From Nitrososphaeria archaeon (GTDB lineage Archaea > Thermoproteota > Nitrososphaeria > JACIWG01): 64,000 nucleotides of DNA. Below, one piece after another: positions 40,025 to 50,007 of this stretch (within the stretch, counting starts at the first letter, position 1; each line of letters opens with the position of its first letter). Below the pieces are notes generated by a model that saw only the letters and a list, made by a program, of their open reading frames with translations, had not been told where the DNA came from and searched no databases. The stretch covers positions 192,001 to 256,000 of the forward strand of contig CAVVXT010000012.1 of NCBI GenBank assembly GCA_963752255.1, in the 5' to 3' direction. The position numbers and the translations under genes were made by a program.

Positions 40025-41719
40025 GTGCGAGAAAACTTGGAAAGGAGTCTTACAGATAAAGTCATCGCCTTAGCAAAGAGAAGAGGGTTTTTTTGGCAGG
40101 CCTATGAAGCCTACGGTGGTACCGGAGGATTCTATGTCCTCGGAGACCTTGGTACGAGACTTAAAGAAAATATCGTTAAGCTATGGAAAGAAATATTCCT
40201 CGAGCCCTACGGGTTTATTGAAATAGAATCTCCTACGATAGCGCCTTATGCGGTGTTCGAAGCTTCAGGACATGTTGGGTCATTTAAGGATGCAATGGCC
40301 GAGTGCTTGAAGTGTACCAACAAGTATCGTGCAGACCACCTTCTTGCCGAACAGGGAGTAAATGTCCCAGAATCAACCGAACTTAATACACTCGAGAAAC
40401 TCCTAAACGAGAACAAGATAAAATGCCCTGAATGCGGAGGCATCAAATGGAAAGTAAGCGCCTTTCTGACGATGTTTCAAACAAACATCGGGCCTTATGG
40501 CGAAAACATAGGATTCCTAAGGCCAGAAACAGCGCAAGGCATGTTTGTCGAATTTAAGCAGCTATATGAAAGTAACAGAGCGAGAATACCGATAGGTGTA
40601 GCCCAGGTGGGTAAAGCATACAGAAACGAAATTTCTCCGAGGCAAGGCCTCATTCGACTGAGAGAATTTTCTCAGATTGAATTAGAGTTCTTTTTTAACC
40701 CTTCATATAACAAGTGCGAGCACTTAGATAAAGTTGAAGGTATAAAGATGAACCTGTTAGATGAATCGAAGGTTGGTCAAGGTGATGGGACACCGTACAA
40801 AGTTTCGGCAAAGGAAGCAGTTGAAAAAGGCTTTGTTAAACAGGAATGGCTCGCTTTCTTTATGGCACTGTCCCAGAAGTTCATACACGAACTTGGTATA
40901 AACTCTGATGACATAAGATTTAAGGCGAAACTGGTAGGGGAGAGAGCGCACTATTCAGCGCAAACTTTTGACCAAGAAGTCCTGACCGAAAAATACGGTT
41001 GGGTTGAAGTAGCTGGCCACGCGTACAGACAGGATTACGATCTCAAATCCCATACCTTAAAGGGGAACGTTGACATGCACATAGTCGAAGAACTTAAGGA
41101 ACCTATCAAAGTAAAGAAGACGCTCGCATACCCTAATTCGGTTAAAGTCAGGGAAGAATTTAAAGAGAAGGCTTCAGAAGTTTTTAAGAACATTTCTAAG
41201 TTTGATTCCAAAACACTGGCGCAGGAATTGGAGGAAAAAGGTAAAATTGAAATCGGAGGAAAAGACATGGGAAAAGAATATTTTATATTCAAAGAGTTAG
41301 AGGAAACCGTTGCTACGAGAAAGTATATTCCTCACGTCATAGAACCAAGTTTTGGAATAGAGCGAATAATCAACGCGGTACTAGAACACGCTTACAGGGA
41401 GAAGGAGGACAGAACTATACTTTCTTTAAATGATAGGATAGCACCATACAGGTATGCTGTTTTTCCTCTGGTTAAGAAAGACGGTTTAGATGTTAAAGCA
41501 AAAGAAGTCTATATCATGATTAAGACAATAGATGTGAGGACGTTATATGACGATGACGGTTCTATAGGGAGAAGATATGCTAGAGTTGATGAGATAGGAG
41601 TGTCTAAAGCTATTACGATAGATTACCAGACCTTAGAGGATGAAACAGTAACCGTAAGGAGTAGAGATAGCTGGGACCAGGTAAGGGTTGACATAAACCA
41701 TCTTTTGACAGCTCTTTAG
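40025..41719 (+). CDS. glyS: Glycine-tRNA ligase (alpha2 type)
   Basis: LRPETAQG, YRNEISPRQG..RLREF.Q.E, E.AHYS, EPSFG..R, SIGRRYAR.DE. Confidence 0.96.
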   Translation: MRENLERSLTDKVIALAKRRGFFWQAYEAYGGTGGFYVLGDLGTRLKENIVKLWKEIFLEPYGFIEIESPTIAPYAVFEASGHVGSFKDAMAECLKCTNKYRADHLLAEQGVNVPESTELNTLEKLLNENKIKCPECGGIKWKVSAFLTMFQTNIGPYGENIGFLRPETAQGMFVEFKQLYESNRARIPIGVAQVGKAYRNEISPRQGLIRLREFSQIELEFFFNPSYNKCEHLDKVEGIKMNLLDESKVGQGDGTPYKVSAKEAVEKGFVKQEWLAFFMALSQKFIHELGINSDDIRFKAKLVGERAHYSAQTFDQEVLTEKYGWVEVAGHAYRQDYDLKSHTLKGNVDMHIVEELKEPIKVKKTLAYPNSVKVREEFKEKASEVFKNISKFDSKTLAQELEEKGKIEIGGKDMGKEYFIFKELEETVATRKYIPHVIEPSFGIERIINAVLEHAYREKEDRTILSLNDRIAPYRYAVFPLVKKDGLDVKAKEVYIMIKTIDVRTLYDDDGSIGRRYARVDEIGVSKAITIDYQTLEDETVTVRSRDSWDQVRVDINHLLTAL

Positions 41720-42438
41720 ATATTCGATACTAAAGGTTTTACCTTCTGCAATTTGGACAAACTGGCTATGATATCGTTTTCACTTGGTAAAAGGGTTACA
41801 CCGAGAACTATGCAATCTTTCTTTGATATTTCTATGGCAAGAGGATCTACTTCTTTGGGCCCATGCAATATTACCATCCTTGGCTTTATCTGAGAAACCC
41901 TTACTGCTACAATCGGTGAGCGTCCCAGACCCACCTTGGTAAAGACAAGAACACGTTCTGAATTGTAGCCGAAGATCTTTATGAAATCCAAGCCAGACAT
42001 TGTAAGAATAGTCTTGATGCTATCTAAAACCGTGTAACCATAAATTTGTTTATTAATGCAGTCCTCTCCAGCCAAGACATCGGCTTTAAGGGCGTCAATT
42101 ACCTGTTTTACAGAAACAGGATGTTCATATTCTCCAATGGAAAGAATAGCTGATTCACTTATAGGAACATCCAGCTTCCCAAGTATTCTATTAGACTTTT
42201 GGTCTATTTCTACAAGACCCTTAACATATTTCTTTACGAAGATTGTGCCAGGGGAACTCCTCTTTCCACTTTCGTAATCGCTTAATACAGCAGGCGAAAT
42301 ACCAAGCTGTCTTGCTAAATCCACCTGTTTGATGTTCAGCTTCTCCCTCCAAATCTTCAGTGAAATTCCTACGTTTTCACTTAGTACAATGTCACCGACA
42401 ATCTTCCTCATAATCTCATCGTATTGTAGAGACATCAT
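41716..42438 (-). CDS. XRE-type HTH transcriptional regulator with C-terminal DRTGG-like domain (COG1709-like)
   Basis: Q..LA..LGISP..LSDYESGKR.SPG; GYTV.DS.K.I, GRSP.VAVRV. Confidence 0.85.
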   Translation of the reverse strand: MMSLQYDEIMRKIVGDIVLSENVGISLKIWREKLNIKQVDLARQLGISPAVLSDYESGKRSSPGTIFVKKYVKGLVEIDQKSNRILGKLDVPISESAILSIGEYEHPVSVKQVIDALKADVLAGEDCINKQIYGYTVLDSIKTILTMSGLDFIKIFGYNSERVLVFTKVGLGRSPIVAVRVSQIKPRMVILHGPKEVDPLAIEISKKDCIVLGVTLLPSENDIIASLSKLQKVKPLVSNI

Positions 42439-42509
42439 TATAATCTAAAATTCACTATTTAAAAAGGTTTAAGTGACCAAAACTCAGAGGGAAAGATCTG
42501 AAGGCTCGC

Positions 42510-43979
42510 CTATCTGGCTACTATCTGCAAATCGTTCTTGAAGAATCTTTTTGTTTCTCCTAATGCCTGGAAATCTGTTGGAGCCACTTGAATGAGCGAT
42601 GGCATATTCGCTGCAACCCTGCCGATTACAAGACAATGACGTTGTGGTAAAGTCCGAACAAGAGATTCTATAGTGTCGACGTCGACGGTTGAAGCTCTAG
42701 AAACCATTCCAAGATCGTTACTGTTTACAAAATTAAATAAGAAGATGTTGTCGGCTTGTCGATAGATTCCCTGAGGTATTGCATCAGGCTGGTTTGTAAT
42801 AAAGGTTGTAAAGATTCCGTAATGGCGCATTCTTGTTATCATATCATCCCAATAAGTGTCTCTAAGGTAAAGATGAGCTTCTTCAGCAAACAGAAAAGTT
42901 GGTGGGATCCTATTGCTTTCTAGAAGATCGCATATTTTGTTCAAAATCGCCTCCACAACGATCTTTCTTGTCAGAGAAGAGGTTTTACCCAGCTGTATTA
43001 TGAACGCCACCCCATCACCATGTTGACGGAAGAGCTTTTCAAGTTCAAAGGTTTTTTCGATTTCGTCTGAAAAAAGTCTTGAAGACAGAATAGAATAGTA
43101 TCTTGTAAAGAGCGCATCTCTCACAAACTCATTACACTTCCAACTCTGTATTGTTTCACCAAGATTCTTGATCGTTAAACACCCCTTCGACTCCAGACTG
43201 TCTATGATACGAATAAACTCCCTTAATGAGACACCAGGAGTATCCAATACATTCTGCAGCACATTAACAAGGGTTCGCTTACCAATATAGCTTAAGGAAA
43301 ATAAAAGATTTTCCCCGGGCTTAAGACACATAACCTTCTTAGTGATGCCGTTATCTGAACCATCACTTCTTTTTGAGATACCTCTATATTCGTTGTTTAT
43401 ATCAAAGACTATTACGTAAGCGCCATTCTCGACGAGTTTTGATACGAGCATCTTTGATAAATGCGACTTTCCAGACTCCTTCTTTCCCGTTATTATGTTT
43501 AGCTGTCCGTCCAGATTATTTAAACTGATATGGTAAGGTTCACCGTCTGAAGTAATTCCTATCGTAATGTTCATGTCAGTTTTGCCTAATATTCTTGAAT
43601 AGAGATCTTTTATTCTAACGCGTTTAATCTTGGAAGCTGTTCTAGAAGGAAGCCACGCCGATATCGGTATGAACTTACCTTCTTCAAATGAACCCCTTAT
43701 CTTGCATTTAAGAAAACGCATGTCCATGAGCATATATGATAACGCCCCTATCTGCAATGGATCGTTTTCCGTCGAAGGGGCTGAAGATTTAATAACTTCG
43801 TCTCTTACAATATCGTCTAGGAAATTTGATGAATCGAGGTACGTTTCTTCATAGATTTGGACAACCATTTCTTTATTAACGGTGTTATCCTCGATTATCA
43901 GATACTCTCCCTTCTGTATTTCTTCGCTCGGTAACGCGAGAACTACGATTTCATCACCTTTTTTCGATACAATTCTCAT
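42510..43979 (-). CDS. herA: HerA-family helicase/ATPase (divergent paralog)
   Basis: N-terminal HAS-like barrel, Walker A GKKESGKS, FD.N.EY, Walker B FAEEAH, R.RH.G, TNQP. Confidence 0.82.
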   Translation of the reverse strand: MRIVSKKGDEIVVLALPSEEIQKGEYLIIEDNTVNKEMVVQIYEETYLDSSNFLDDIVRDEVIKSSAPSTENDPLQIGALSYMLMDMRFLKCKIRGSFEEGKFIPISAWLPSRTASKIKRVRIKDLYSRILGKTDMNITIGITSDGEPYHISLNNLDGQLNIITGKKESGKSHLSKMLVSKLVENGAYVIVFDINNEYRGISKRSDGSDNGITKKVMCLKPGENLLFSLSYIGKRTLVNVLQNVLDTPGVSLREFIRIIDSLESKGCLTIKNLGETIQSWKCNEFVRDALFTRYYSILSSRLFSDEIEKTFELEKLFRQHGDGVAFIIQLGKTSSLTRKIVVEAILNKICDLLESNRIPPTFLFAEEAHLYLRDTYWDDMITRMRHYGIFTTFITNQPDAIPQGIYRQADNIFLFNFVNSNDLGMVSRASTVDVDTIESLVRTLPQRHCLVIGRVAANMPSLIQVAPTDFQALGETKRFFKNDLQIVAR

Positions 43980-45028
43980 ATGCTTGTTGAACCTCCTTCA
44001 AACTTTAATCCGCCTAGGAGCGATTTTCTCAGCCTAGTTGCGGGAACTTGTATTATGTTAAGAGAGCGAGCTAAGGCACTCTTAATAGAGACCTGCTCAA
44101 CATTGCTGAATATTGAAATACTGTGCGACATCATTAACGATTCGGGGTAACCGAGTCTGAAGCCGTCATTGTTTAAAATCTTTCCAAGCACGGTGTCAAC
44201 ATCGAAGTAAGAATGATATGGTATATCCGTCCTAAATGCGTAACCATGCTTCTTGAACTTTACAACAAAAATGTGGCCTTCAACCTTAGACAGCATACTG
44301 TCTATGATATGGTGCACATCAACTTTGACTGGAGCGTAGTTTAAAATTTCTAGATAGTTCACCACCCTTTTAATGAACTTCAGTTTACTACTTTTTGAAA
44401 TACCCACTATCGTGTTAGAGTTTCCTTGTGCACATTTTATTATTTCTTTGAGACTGAATCCTTCGACTTCAAAAATTGAAGACCTCAGCGATCCATCGCA
44501 TAGGATCAAGCTACCATTTAATATTGTGGACATATACTTTAAGACCTCTCTTTCTATTACAACCCTCACCAGATTCTTGGCGTACTCATGCTCGGAGATT
44601 ACAAGCTTTACAAGCTTCTCCCTAAGAGGGTTGTCGTGATAGACCTGTCTCATCGCCTGCTCGTCAATATAAACAACATACGGCCCATAGATATAGTACG
44701 CTTTAGGTTTTCCGTTATAGTATATTGAAACTCCTGATTTAACGGCATAGAGAGCACCCTGTTCTGTTTCACCAATTGATATACATGAAGAATCTATGCC
44801 TGCAACGTCACAAGGTTCTTCTACCTGTTCAAAAGGTTCAACATTTAATGGTATAGGTGAAGTAAACAATGAGACTATCGGCTTAAGTTCGTCACAGTCT
44901 CTTTCATGGAACATTATCTTCATGCCAAAAGCTTTGTTAACATCAAAAAGGTGTGTGAAGGTTTGATCGAAGACTTTAACTTTATTATCTTGAATATTTT
45001 CTAGAGGAACATTTATTTTGTTGTTCAT
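43976..45028 (-). CDS. nurA: NurA-family nuclease; start probably 45028
   Basis: AGIDSS, CDGSL, GISKSS, GYPE.L...H; stop overlaps the herA start. Confidence 0.8.
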   Translation of the reverse strand: MNNKINVPLENIQDNKVKVFDQTFTHLFDVNKAFGMKIMFHERDCDELKPIVSLFTSPIPLNVEPFEQVEEPCDVAGIDSSCISIGETEQGALYAVKSGVSIYYNGKPKAYYIYGPYVVYIDEQAMRQVYHDNPLREKLVKLVISEHEYAKNLVRVVIEREVLKYMSTILNGSLILCDGSLRSSIFEVEGFSLKEIIKCAQGNSNTIVGISKSSKLKFIKRVVNYLEILNYAPVKVDVHHIIDSMLSKVEGHIFVVKFKKHGYAFRTDIPYHSYFDVDTVLGKILNNDGFRLGYPESLMMSHSISIFSNVEQVSIKSALARSLNIIQVPATRLRKSLLGGLKFEGGSTSI

Positions 45029-45085
45029 GTTGAACAATATAGGTGGGCAGTGATAGGATATAAATGTTGTGCAAGTTGAACAACA
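45019..45085. promoter_or_regulatory. Twin palindromic operator TTGT(T/G)CA-N3-TGAACAA flanking a TATA-like box in the nurA / wHTH divergent promoter
   Basis: TTGTTCA-TGT-TGAACAA at 45021-45037 and TTGTGCA-AGT-TGAACAA at 45067-45083, with GATATAAA between them. Confidence 0.7.
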
Positions 45086-45095
45086 ACAATATAAT

Positions 45096-45485
45096 ATGGT
45101 GTTAGATTTGAACAACCTTGTTAGAATCAAGATAAAGAGAGGAAGCTGGGAGATAGAAGTTGAATGTGACGAAGAAAAGGTCGCTGATGTAGTCTCTAAA
45201 GTTCTAGCTGGATTTGACAGTGGTATATCAAGCGTTCAAACAGGGGACGTAAAGGACACCGGTGGAGTTACATGCCGGGGTTTACTTGATAACATGTGGA
45301 GAGAAGGCTGGTTTATGGTTTCTAAGAGGCTTTCTGAAGTTGACGAAGAACTTGCTAGAAGAGGCTACCACTACGATAGGTCAGCGATTTCTCACGCCTT
45401 AACAGACCTTGTTAGAGAGGGTATATTGACGAGGGAAGGTGAGTCCAGAAATTATCATTACGTACAGAAGAAGCCGCCGTTATAA
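45096..45485 (+). CDS. Beta-hairpin module + winged-helix protein 1
   Basis: VRIKIKRGSWEIEVE N-terminus; W.EGWF....RLSEV...L...GYHY....IS.AL..LV.EG.L.R.G...Y.Y wHTH. Confidence 0.78.
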   Translation: MVLDLNNLVRIKIKRGSWEIEVECDEEKVADVVSKVLAGFDSGISSVQTGDVKDTGGVTCRGLLDNMWREGWFMVSKRLSEVDEELARRGYHYDRSAISHALTDLVREGILTREGESRNYHYVQKKPPL

Positions 45486-45487
45486 AT

Positions 45488-45988
45488 CTACGTTTTTGAT
45501 CTCTTTTGAAGTTGTTGTCTTAACCATTCTATTCCTAATGTAGTCATCTTATAGGTGACACCCTTCTCTGAAGACTCCCTTTCGATATGGTTGGCCTTCA
45601 CTAGTTCACTGATCCTTGAACTAATGCTCTTTGAATTAAGTCCAGTACTTGACTGAATCTCCGGTAGAGATAAATTTGGTGAAGCCTTCTTGCCCAGAAG
45701 ATATTCGATCTTTGCTGCGACTAACTGCAAAGAAATGATCTCTTTATCGCTAAGGTCAGTTGACCAGATTCTTGCACCTTCAGGGGTGATTCTGATGAAG
45801 TTAGAGAATGAAATCATTAGATCGTTCAAACTAAAATTTGAGGAAATCTTTTGTGCAAGATCGTACTGAGGAAGTTGCTGCTGAACGAATTGATTAAACT
45901 GTCGCACCACTTCTTCGGGCGAACCTGAAAACTCTATTCTTAAAAGGCCGAATGTTATCGTCACATTTACCTTATTTGTTTCTGACAT
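45488..45988 (-). CDS. Beta-hairpin module + winged-helix protein 2
   Basis: VNVTITFGLLRIEFSGSPEEV; LSL.EI...TGLN.KSISSRISELVK....ER......YK.T..G. Confidence 0.78.
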   Translation of the reverse strand: MSETNKVNVTITFGLLRIEFSGSPEEVVRQFNQFVQQQLPQYDLAQKISSNFSLNDLMISFSNFIRITPEGARIWSTDLSDKEIISLQLVAAKIEYLLGKKASPNLSLPEIQSSTGLNSKSISSRISELVKANHIERESSEKGVTYKMTTLGIEWLRQQLQKRSKT

Positions 45989-46521
45989 TATACATCACCA
46001 TGTGCTTCCGCAGGATTTATTGGTTTCGTTGTATCTAACTCTTGTGGAGCCTGCTCAGCTACCGCAGAAATTAACTGCAGGTAAAGGTATTCGCCTGATT
46101 CATTTTTGAATCTTCGAACCTTACCTCCTTTTGTAAGTCTAAGAAGGGTCACCGCTGCAGTTGATCTCGTCAAAGGGAAACCCAGTGTTTCGAGCACTTT
46201 CCTTATCTCATCCAACTTTCTCGGCTTTTTACCCCAACTTGAATTAACAATTTTAACTATGATATCTCCTATCGAATCTTCTTTGAAGATCTGTATCGGC
46301 GGCAATTGTAGATCAGATTCTTGTGGCAACGTCTTTACTTTATCTTGTCCCGTTTGAATGCCCTCATTTACGATTACAGAACTTTGGTTGTGAACAGCTA
46401 CTTGTTTAGCTTCCTTTGTGGAGTCGACGATCCTCGGAATTAGGTCGATAGAAGAAACTATTTCATCTATTGTACCTTCAAATTCTACTTCCGAATAGCC
46501 TACCTTCACCCTTAAGCGCAT
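45988..46521 (-). CDS. Beta-hairpin module + winged-helix protein 3
   Basis: MRLRVKVGYSEVEFEGTIDEI; W...PR.L.EI...LE..G.......V.L.RL.K.GKVRR.K...G.Y.Y. Confidence 0.78.
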   Translation of the reverse strand: MRLRVKVGYSEVEFEGTIDEIVSSIDLIPRIVDSTKEAKQVAVHNQSSVIVNEGIQTGQDKVKTLPQESDLQLPPIQIFKEDSIGDIIVKIVNSSWGKKPRKLDEIRKVLETLGFPLTRSTAAVTLLRLTKGGKVRRFKNESGEYLYLQLISAVAEQAPQELDTTKPINPAEAHGDV

Positions 46522-46612
46522 ATCTATCTTGCAAACTTTCCTGTAAACACGATATAAAGATTTTCAAAAAAATGAAGTAGAACTGTCCCTACAAAGCTTG
46601 ATAAAGTTTACT

Positions 46613-48506
46613 TTATTGTTTACTCTCCACAACTTTTCTTATTTCTTCCTTAAGAATAGCCGAAACAACTCTACCGTCAACCTTTCCTCTGACTCTATGC
46701 ATAACTTCACCCATTAGAGCACCAAAGCTTCGATCTTTTTGCTCCTCTATAAAATTCAAATTGGAGTTTACAGTCTCGGCGATGATGCTTCTCAATTCAT
46801 TATCAGATATCGCTCTCAAACCAATTTTTTCAGCCGACGCCTTTGCATCGACTTTATTCTTGCACATGTAACGCATAATATCAAGGGAACTTTCTTTCGA
46901 AACTGCTCCCGAATCTATGAGATCGAACAGCTCGGCACACCGTTGCTCATCTAGAAATGAAGTGTCAAAACCTTCTCTGCTCAGGCTAACAATAGACTCT
47001 GTTAGCGTGACAGCAACGTAAGTTGTGGATAACTTCGTTCTAGCACAAGTTTTTTCAAAAAGAGAAAGATAATTCGAATCAAGAAGTTGGACCGCAAGTT
47101 TTTCGTTAATGCCATATCTGTTTATGTAATCTTTTATAATTTCATTCCAAGGTTTAGGGACTCCCCTACTACACTCTTTGAGAAGCTGTTCTGTCACTTG
47201 GATAAGCGGAATATCGGTTTCAGGATACATTCTTGCAGCACCAGGCCTCGGCCTTGAATACTTGGTTCTTCCTTCAGGCAATGGACCTCTGGTTTCAGGT
47301 GGAGGGCCCTCAAAGAATATTAGAGCTCTCTGACGCACAGCCAACAGAGCGGCTTCATCTTTTTTGGAAGCAAAGATAAGAAAGAAACCGTCCTGGACGT
47401 CGGTACCGAGCATCTTCTTTACTTGCTCAATTTCTTCCAAAGTTATGCCGTAAGAAGGTAATTCATCAGAATGCAGGATGCCACCTAAGCCATTAGCTCT
47501 AGCCATTTCTGCAAGCTCTAACCCCAATCTAACGTTAGGAGATGGCTCAGCACCAAGAAGCCCCTTAAATCCAACGAGCTTAATTCCGTAAACATTTTTA
47601 CCACTGTCAAGCGACTTCTTCACGATTTGGGAATAGGTGTTTTGGAATGCTTTTGATACATCAACATAGAGCCCAATAGACGAACTAGATGTTAACCCTC
47701 TTTCTTTAAGAGATTGTGCTATCTGGTAGAGGTAGTCCTGCCTAAACGCCTCATACTCTACAATCTTGGGTATGAGATCAAGTTTCTGCACCCCCTTAAC
47801 TTCCGAAGGAAGAAGATTATGAACTGAAACGTTAAGATCTTGCCTTATAGATCCAATTCCCCTAGCCACCAATTTCGTGAGACGTAAGAGCCTTCCTAGT
47901 TCGAGTGCAACTCTCTCAACCACCTTAGGTTCTACAGACATCGGCGTCAGTGCGATCTCAACAAGAGGTATTCCAAGGCGATCTAAAGAGTAAATTTCTA
48001 GAATCATCGCTGTCTTCGATTATTCTCGCAGCATCTTCTTCTAGAGACACTGTCTGAACGGGAACTATAAGTTCATCGACCTTTAATGACCCACCTAGAG
48101 CTACAAGAACCGTTCGCTGGAAGCCGGTCGTGTTTGAGCCATCAATAACGATCTTTCTCATAACATGCATTTCCTGTACAATATTGGAGTCTAAAGCTAA
48201 AGCTATTGTAATTGCTGCCTTTGCAGCGTCAAAGTTTATCGGATGGGGAGGCTCTTCATCACATTCGACCAGACACGCTCCATCCTTGTTGTAGAGATAT
48301 ACATTCGTCTTGCCCTTCCTGAATTCGTAGAGGACCGCAGGATCCATCTGGCCTAGCTCGCTCTGGGTGGGTCTAAGTCTTCTCGTTATCTTTGAGTGGA
48401 CTATATCAGTTTCCAAAGGGGGACAATCACAGAACAGTTTTTTCCCTACATCAAGCTGTTGATGGATTTCCAGTCCCGCTTTGAAACCAACTTGCTTATA
48501 GTCCAA
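46613..48506 (-). CDS. gatE: Glu-tRNA(Gln) amidotransferase subunit E; one extra base at about 47996 (probable sequencing indel)
   Basis: GLEIHQQL...KLFC, MRKIVIDGSNT.GFQRT, LEEDAAR, LDRLG.PL.EI, RPRPGAARMYPETD. Confidence 0.93.
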
Positions 48507-48508
48507 TC

Positions 48509-49831
48509 TTATTCACTTCCCTCGACGATTAACCTTGAACAATATTCACCTGCAATATTTTCTTTCATAACTTTTACCACGTCTTCGGCTTTAAAATTGC
48601 CGAGGCACCATGACAACTTGATAAAGGCGGTCTCGGGCAACATATCCTCAAGAGGAATGACTCCTGCTTCAAGCAGATCACGTCCTGTATCGTAGACGGT
48701 TAACCTAACACGACCGTATATGCACTGCGAAACCATGCACGCAATTAAACCATCCCTTATCAGCTTCTTCAAAGTCTTTACGGCGGGGCTGTTGACGTGG
48801 CCTAGACCTGATCCTTCAATGACGACGCCCTTAAACCCGTTATCGTAAAGACTTTCCAATATTATAGGATCAAAGTTTGGATAGAACTTGACAAGCGAAA
48901 CTTTTCCATCAAATTTTGTGAGGGTCTCGAATTCTGAGGGGGGCTTCCTCTTGGGTAGGTCATTTCTTGAAATGTTCAACCTGCTATTTTCATAGACTGC
49001 AACAGGATCTGTGTTAACGGATTTGAATGCATCTCTCCTGCTTGTATGCAACTTTCTGACCTTTGTCCCCAGATGTATCGCTATCTTGTCATCAGAAATC
49101 CACTTGTGCATTGAAACGTACACGCCCGCAAATGGGGCTTTCAAAGACGCATTCATGGCGGCGATAAGGTTTGTTGCAGCATCAGAGGAAGGCCTGTCGG
49201 ATGACCTCTGTGATCCAACTATCATTATCGGTATGGGAGTTTTGGAGAGGGCAAAACTTAGGGCCGCTGCAGTATATGCCAGAGTATCTGTTCCATGTGT
49301 GACGACAATCCCTTCGTACCCCTTCTTGATATAGTCGTGGACATATTCAGAAAGCTTACTCCAATGTAGTGGAGTCATGTTTTCGCTATATATGCTGGAC
49401 AATACTTTAGCGTCTATTTGAGCTACCCCAGCCAGTTCAGGAACTACTGAGAGAAGATCGGAAGCGGAGAGAGCAGGTCTAACACCTCCCGTCCTATAGT
49501 CGACTCTGCTCGCTATTGTGCCACCAGTGCTTATTATTACGGCATATGGTAAATTTTTTGATGAAACAATTTCTTGTTGTGGCACAAAACCAGGAGGGGA
49601 GTGTTTCTCAATCAAAAGAATCGATTTTATTGCATCAGATTTTAAGCCTATGTTATACCCGTTAGGAAGCTTTAAGGTTAGAAAACCCTTTGACGCATAT
49701 TCATATCTGGGAATTATAGTGCCCTTATATTCACCTTCAGAAGTGATAACCCTCACAAAGTCCCCTGCACCAATTTTGTTTTCTTCCAACAATTTTTTCA
49801 GAGCACCGCTATATCCCGAAAGGTCCTTCAA
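48509..49831 (-). CDS. gatD: Glu-tRNA(Gln) amidotransferase subunit D
   Basis: KL.NGYNIG, STGGTIASRVDY.TG, HGTDT, QRSSDRPSSD, HTSRRDAF. Confidence 0.96.
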   Translation of the reverse strand: MKDLSGYSGALKKLLEENKIGAGDFVRVITSEGEYKGTIIPRYEYASKGFLTLKLPNGYNIGLKSDAIKSILLIEKHSPPGFVPQQEIVSSKNLPYAVIISTGGTIASRVDYRTGGVRPALSASDLLSVVPELAGVAQIDAKVLSSIYSENMTPLHWSKLSEYVHDYIKKGYEGIVVTHGTDTLAYTAAALSFALSKTPIPIMIVGSQRSSDRPSSDAATNLIAAMNASLKAPFAGVYVSMHKWISDDKIAIHLGTKVRKLHTSRRDAFKSVNTDPVAVYENSRLNISRNDLPKRKPPSEFETLTKFDGKVSLVKFYPNFDPIILESLYDNGFKGVVIEGSGLGHVNSPAVKTLKKLIRDGLIACMVSQCIYGRVRLTVYDTGRDLLEAGVIPLEDMLPETAFIKLSWCLGNFKAEDVVKVMKENIAGEYCSRLIVEGSE

Positions 49832-50007
49832 TATTCTCGTAACTGCTTACAATCTGAGTTGATTTAACCTTTTTGCGAATTATAACCCCTTTTATAGAAA
49901 AGGTTCTCCAAGAAATTTTCTTCAAACCCAGTTAAATATAGTTTACATTGGAGTTCCAATTGAAGTGTTTGCAACATTTAAATTACAATAGGGAGTAAGC
50001 TTCTAAT

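Noticed and set aside
45096-46521. Three wHTH genes as an ESCRT-II (Vps22/25/36)-like complex
   Set aside because: ESCRT-II subunits have tandem WH domains and sit with ESCRT-III/Vps4; these have a single wHTH and no such neighbours
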